From NCBI GenBank assembly GCA_000388065.2, contig KB932211.1: a stretch of DNA of 19,898 nt; one strand, given 5' to 3'. Origin of the DNA: Fonticula alba ATCC 38817 (lineage: Eukaryota; Protista; Nucleariida). Of the stretch, positions 16,426-19,898 are shown one piece after another. The notes under the pieces were generated by a model. It searched no databases. It was not told the DNA's origin and saw only the letters and a program-made list of their open reading frames with translations. Position numbers and translations under genes: made by a program. Every line of letters starts with the position of its first letter. Within the stretch, counting starts at the first letter, position 1.

Positions 16426-19400
16426 ATGGCCCCTCCACGGGTGGGCCCGCTGGCGGCCCTGCTGGCGGCGGTGCTTTGCCTGCTGCCAGCGGTGTTGGGG
16501 CTGGCGCCGGAGCAGGACATGTACCTGCACGCGGCGCGGGACCCGGTCCTGCTCCTGTCCGATCCGGTGGAGATGGTGTCGCCCTCGGTTCAGTCCTCGA
16601 CGGGCGCCGTGCGGAGGAGCAATACCATCCTCGATTTGCACCTGCAAATGGACCAGGTCCATCAGCTGCCGGAGGTCCGGTGGGGCTCGTTCTTTGGGGA
16701 GTCCTTCATGGAGCTCCACTGTCCGCGGGCGGACAATCCCGGCACCTGGCCGCTGATGATTTTGCCAGTCGGCGAGGCGGCCGCCCCGACGGCAGTCGAG
16801 TACACCCAAAGCACGGTGGCCCTTTTTGGCGAGACCATGGTCTTTGATCTGCCGGCTTCGGACAGCCTCCTGCTGGCCGGAACCGCGTTTTCCACCTCGC
16901 AAGTGGACCTGCTCGGGCTCTATGGGCCGGCCGACGCCCCGCGCGATGCATTCATGGGCACCATCACGCCGGACGGCTTCGGCTGGCAGCTCCTGGAGCT
17001 GGCCCCGGTGTCCGGGGTGGCCATCGGCCAGCCCGGCATCGGGCGGGCATTCTACCTGGCCAACGGCCACCACCTGATGTGCATCATGACTTCGGACTCC
17101 AGGGTCACCGAGACCTCGACCGCCCTGATGCCGGGCGCCATCCTGGCCATGGCGGCCACGCAGCTGGCCGTGCCGGGAGGCAGTTGCCCCGGGCTCCGGG
17201 CCGATGTGCTGGTCCTGCTTGACAGCGGCCAGTTGCAGATCCACCTGTGCCTCGGGCTCGAGGGGCCCGTGGGGGTGGTCTACGGGGCGTTGCCGGCCGG
17301 GGTGTCGGCCGCCGGGGCCTGGTTCCTGACGCCGGCCGCCCCCTCGACCGCCGGGGCTCCGGCGCCCCTGTACCTGGTGCTGCCCTCGGCCGCGGATGCC
17401 CGAGACCGGCTGTGGCTGGCTCACATCCGGGAGGTGGGGCTGGCGTGGCAGCGCGTGGTCCTGCCGCCGGTGGTGACCCGGCTGTCGGACCTGCGGCTGG
17501 CCCGGCTGCGCATGGAGGACCACCGGTCCGGCCGGTGGACGCTGCTGCATGGGCAAACGGCCCTCTTCGAGTCGAGCTCCTTCGGGTGTGACTCCGACCG
17601 GAGCATCACCTGCGACGGTGGCCTGGTGTCCTCCGGCTCAGCGAGCGGGTGGGCCTGTGCCGAGGGTCATGCCGAGGCGCCGTACGTCTCGCCGGGCAAA
17701 CTGTGCGCCGGCTGCATGGATGGGTGGTTCCTGGACCGACCTGCCGGTGCGTATGCCAGGGCCGGGGCGGCGCCGCGCCGGCCCGCCTCCAGGCCCTTCC
17801 CCATGGCCCGGACGTCCGGGCCGCCACTCGCCGCTCGCTGACACATGACACTCCTCCGCCTGTCCCCGTGTCGCGGCAGATGAGGTCCCCCTGTCGGAGC
17901 CGAGCCATGTGTGCCGGCCCTGCGCGTCGGCCCACTGCCGGACATGCGATGCCCGGGACTGCCTCGTATGCGAGGAGACCCACTTCCCGGAGCCGAGCGG
18001 CCCGGCCGGGGCGACCGTCTGCGTGGCCGTCTGCTCGCGGGGCTTTGCCCTGGTGGCCGGGGCGTGCCAGCCTGCTGGCATGCCATTGGCGGTGGCCCGG
18101 CTCACGGTGCCGGAAGCCGACCCGGTCCCCGGGCTGGCGCCTGGGGACAGTGTCACCGCCGCCGGGGAGACCTGGCTGCAGGTGGACCCCGGCACCGGGC
18201 TGCCGGTGGTCCCGGCGGCGGCCGCCGATGCGGGCCCGGCCGCGGGGATGCTCCTTTTCACCGAGCAGCAAAAGGTCCTTTTCCTGCCGGCCAGCGCTGT
18301 CGGCCAGGCTGGCGGGGCCCCGCCGGCCCGGGAGGTTGTCCTGCTGGATGTGAACCTGCCAGGGCCGGTGGTGGCTTTCGCCGAGACCCGGTCCTTCTCC
18401 GAGGACAATCAGCTGCTCCTGATGCTGGCCCTGTGCTTGCGGCCCGGGACGACGTTTGTGGTGATCCTCGCGTGTCCCGCCGGGCCCGGGGGGACGGCTT
18501 GCGTGATTGCGCGGCCGGCGTCTGCCAGCCTCCTGTCGGCGGATGGCTGCCTGGCCGTGCGGCGCGTCGACTCCGGCAGCCTATTTGTGCAGAAGACCCG
18601 GACCTGGGGGCTGCTGCTTCGGCCGGATGTCACCCAGCAGAGGGTCTCGGCGGCGGTGCTCGAGGGCCACGGGCTGGTGGGCTTGCCGGTCCGATCCGGG
18701 GATCGAGCTCGGCTGGACCCGGGCCCGGGCGAGTGGTTCCTCTCGGTCAATTCGCTGGGGCTGCCGGGTGCGGCGCCGCAGTTTCTCCCCTGGTCGTGGG
18801 ATTCCCGGCTGCTGTCGCTCAGTGGGCGGCTGCTTCGGCGGCAGGCGGCGGCGGCCCTGGCGGTGGACGGCCCGTGTGTGCCGGTGTTTCTGCCCCGCGG
18901 CCCGGGGGGGGCCCCGCCGGAGCTGGTCTTCCCCCTGGGTGCCGGGTCCGACTGGACGGTTCTCCGGGTGCCCGGGGACATGCTGCCGTCCGGCCGGTCG
19001 GTCGACTTGCCCTTCAGCTGGCATGTGCTCGGGGCCCTGCCCCGGGAACTGCCGCCCAGCCGGGGGTCGTCCTCGGACGTCCTCTTTCAGGGGGTGGCCC
19101 TGCCGGCCGGGGGGGCCCGGTTCCCGAGTGCGCTGGTGTTGCTGGCGCGCCACTTCATCGGCGTGTCGCTGCTATTTTGCGCGGACGGCGCGGCCGGGCC
19201 GTGTGTCCTCCGGCCGGCGGTCTTTGTGGACCTGCCGGCCGGGATGCACTCCACGGCCGATGCCGGGCTCTGGACGCTGGCGGTGGCAGGGGGCCCGGGC
19301 CCGGGCCCGGGGCCGGTCGGGACGTTGCAGTCACCCGGCGAGGTGACCCTGGTGGCCTTTGCGCCGGATGTCGGCATGCTGGTCTTCGCCCTGGCGATGG

Positions 19401-19898
19401 AGTGCCCCGGCGGGGGGGATGCGCCGCTGTGCGCCCCCTGCCATGAGGCGTGTGCCACGTGCGACGCCCCGGGCCCGGACGGGTGCATGTCCTGTCGCCA
19501 CTGGGCGTGGACTTCGCCGGGCGAGTGTCTGGCTGCCTGCCCGGGTGGCTTGTTCGCGGAGCCCGACGGCCGGTGTGTTTGCCATCCCACGTGCGCCCAG
19601 TGCGCCCAGGCGGGTGCCAGCGGCTACACCTGCACCCGGTGCGTCGGTGGGCATGCTGTCGACCCGCATGCCGGCTCGCCGGGCCGGTGCTTCGAGTGCG
19701 CGGCCTCCTGCGGGGAGTGCTCGCGGCCTGGCGACCCGGCGGCCTGCACGGCGTGCCTGACCGGTGATTGGCTGCTTGATGGCACATGTGTCGGCGTCTG
19801 TCCGCCCGGGACCTGGTCCGACGGGGCGGGCCAAGTGTGTCAGGCCTGCCTGGCCGGCTGCACCGACTGCACCACGGCCACCGCCTGCACGGGCTGCA
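16426..19898 (+). CDS. Gene 4 (3'-truncated): paralogous receptor ectodomain; exons 16426-17746 and 17880 to beyond 19898
   Basis: ATG at 16426 with a signal peptide (GPLAALLAAVLCLLPAVLG). After the intron the frame (not in the supplied ORF track) stays open to the window end. Domain order matches gene 2, and the furin repeats are colinear with gene 2 repeat by repeat (CAPCHEAC/CAPCHHSC, GRCVCHPTC/GHCACDSSC, CPPGTWSD/CPGGTWPD). TM and kinase are presumed to lie beyond the window. Confidence 0.88.
17747..17879 (+). other. Gene 4 intron 1 (133 nt, phase 1)
   Basis: Donor GTGCGT at 17747, branch CTGAC at 17838-17842, acceptor CAG at 17877-17879; the joint reads DRPA-D-EVPLSEPSHVCRPC. Confidence 0.9.

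Noticed and set aside
19291-19313. Tandem GGGCCC palindromes (and GGGGCC repeats at ~6949-6975) as hairpin or regulatory elements
   Set aside because: In-frame Gly-Pro and Gly-Ala linker expansions, adequately explained by slippage in coding DNA.
1-19898. rRNA, tRNA, transposase, reverse transcriptase or terminal-repeat elements
   Set aside because: No recognisable motifs on either strand by eye; a covariance-model or repeat-library search was not possible.

Overview
Very GC-rich eukaryotic genomic DNA with GT-AG spliceosomal introns (donors GTGCGT/GTGCGC/GTATGT, CTRAC branch points). The whole window reads as one head-to-tail (+ strand) tandem array of a single family of large single-pass receptor kinases. 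Family architecture: signal peptide - Cys-poor domain 1 - short Cys module plus one furin-like repeat - Cys-poor domain 2 - long furin-like (CxxCxxxCxxC) repeat stalk - TM helix - TKL-type Ser/Thr kinase. In order: (i) the last two exons of one kinase (172-593); (ii) one complete 5-exon gene (1910-10243, 2513 aa predicted, non-RD HCD/DLG kinase); (iii) about 5 kb that looks intergenic but holds decayed paralog pieces: a kinase remnant (~11080-11922), an ectodomain remnant (~11945-12760) and a 'telescoped' pseudogene keeping pieces of most domains in order (~13045-15617); (iv) the 5' part of another apparently intact paralog (16426 to the window end). The architecture and GC content remind me of the expanded TKL receptor kinases of the aggregative amoeba Fonticula alba; that is recollection and inference, not a database result. 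Most listed six-frame ORFs are GC-driven artefacts. All alignments quoted were made by eye.
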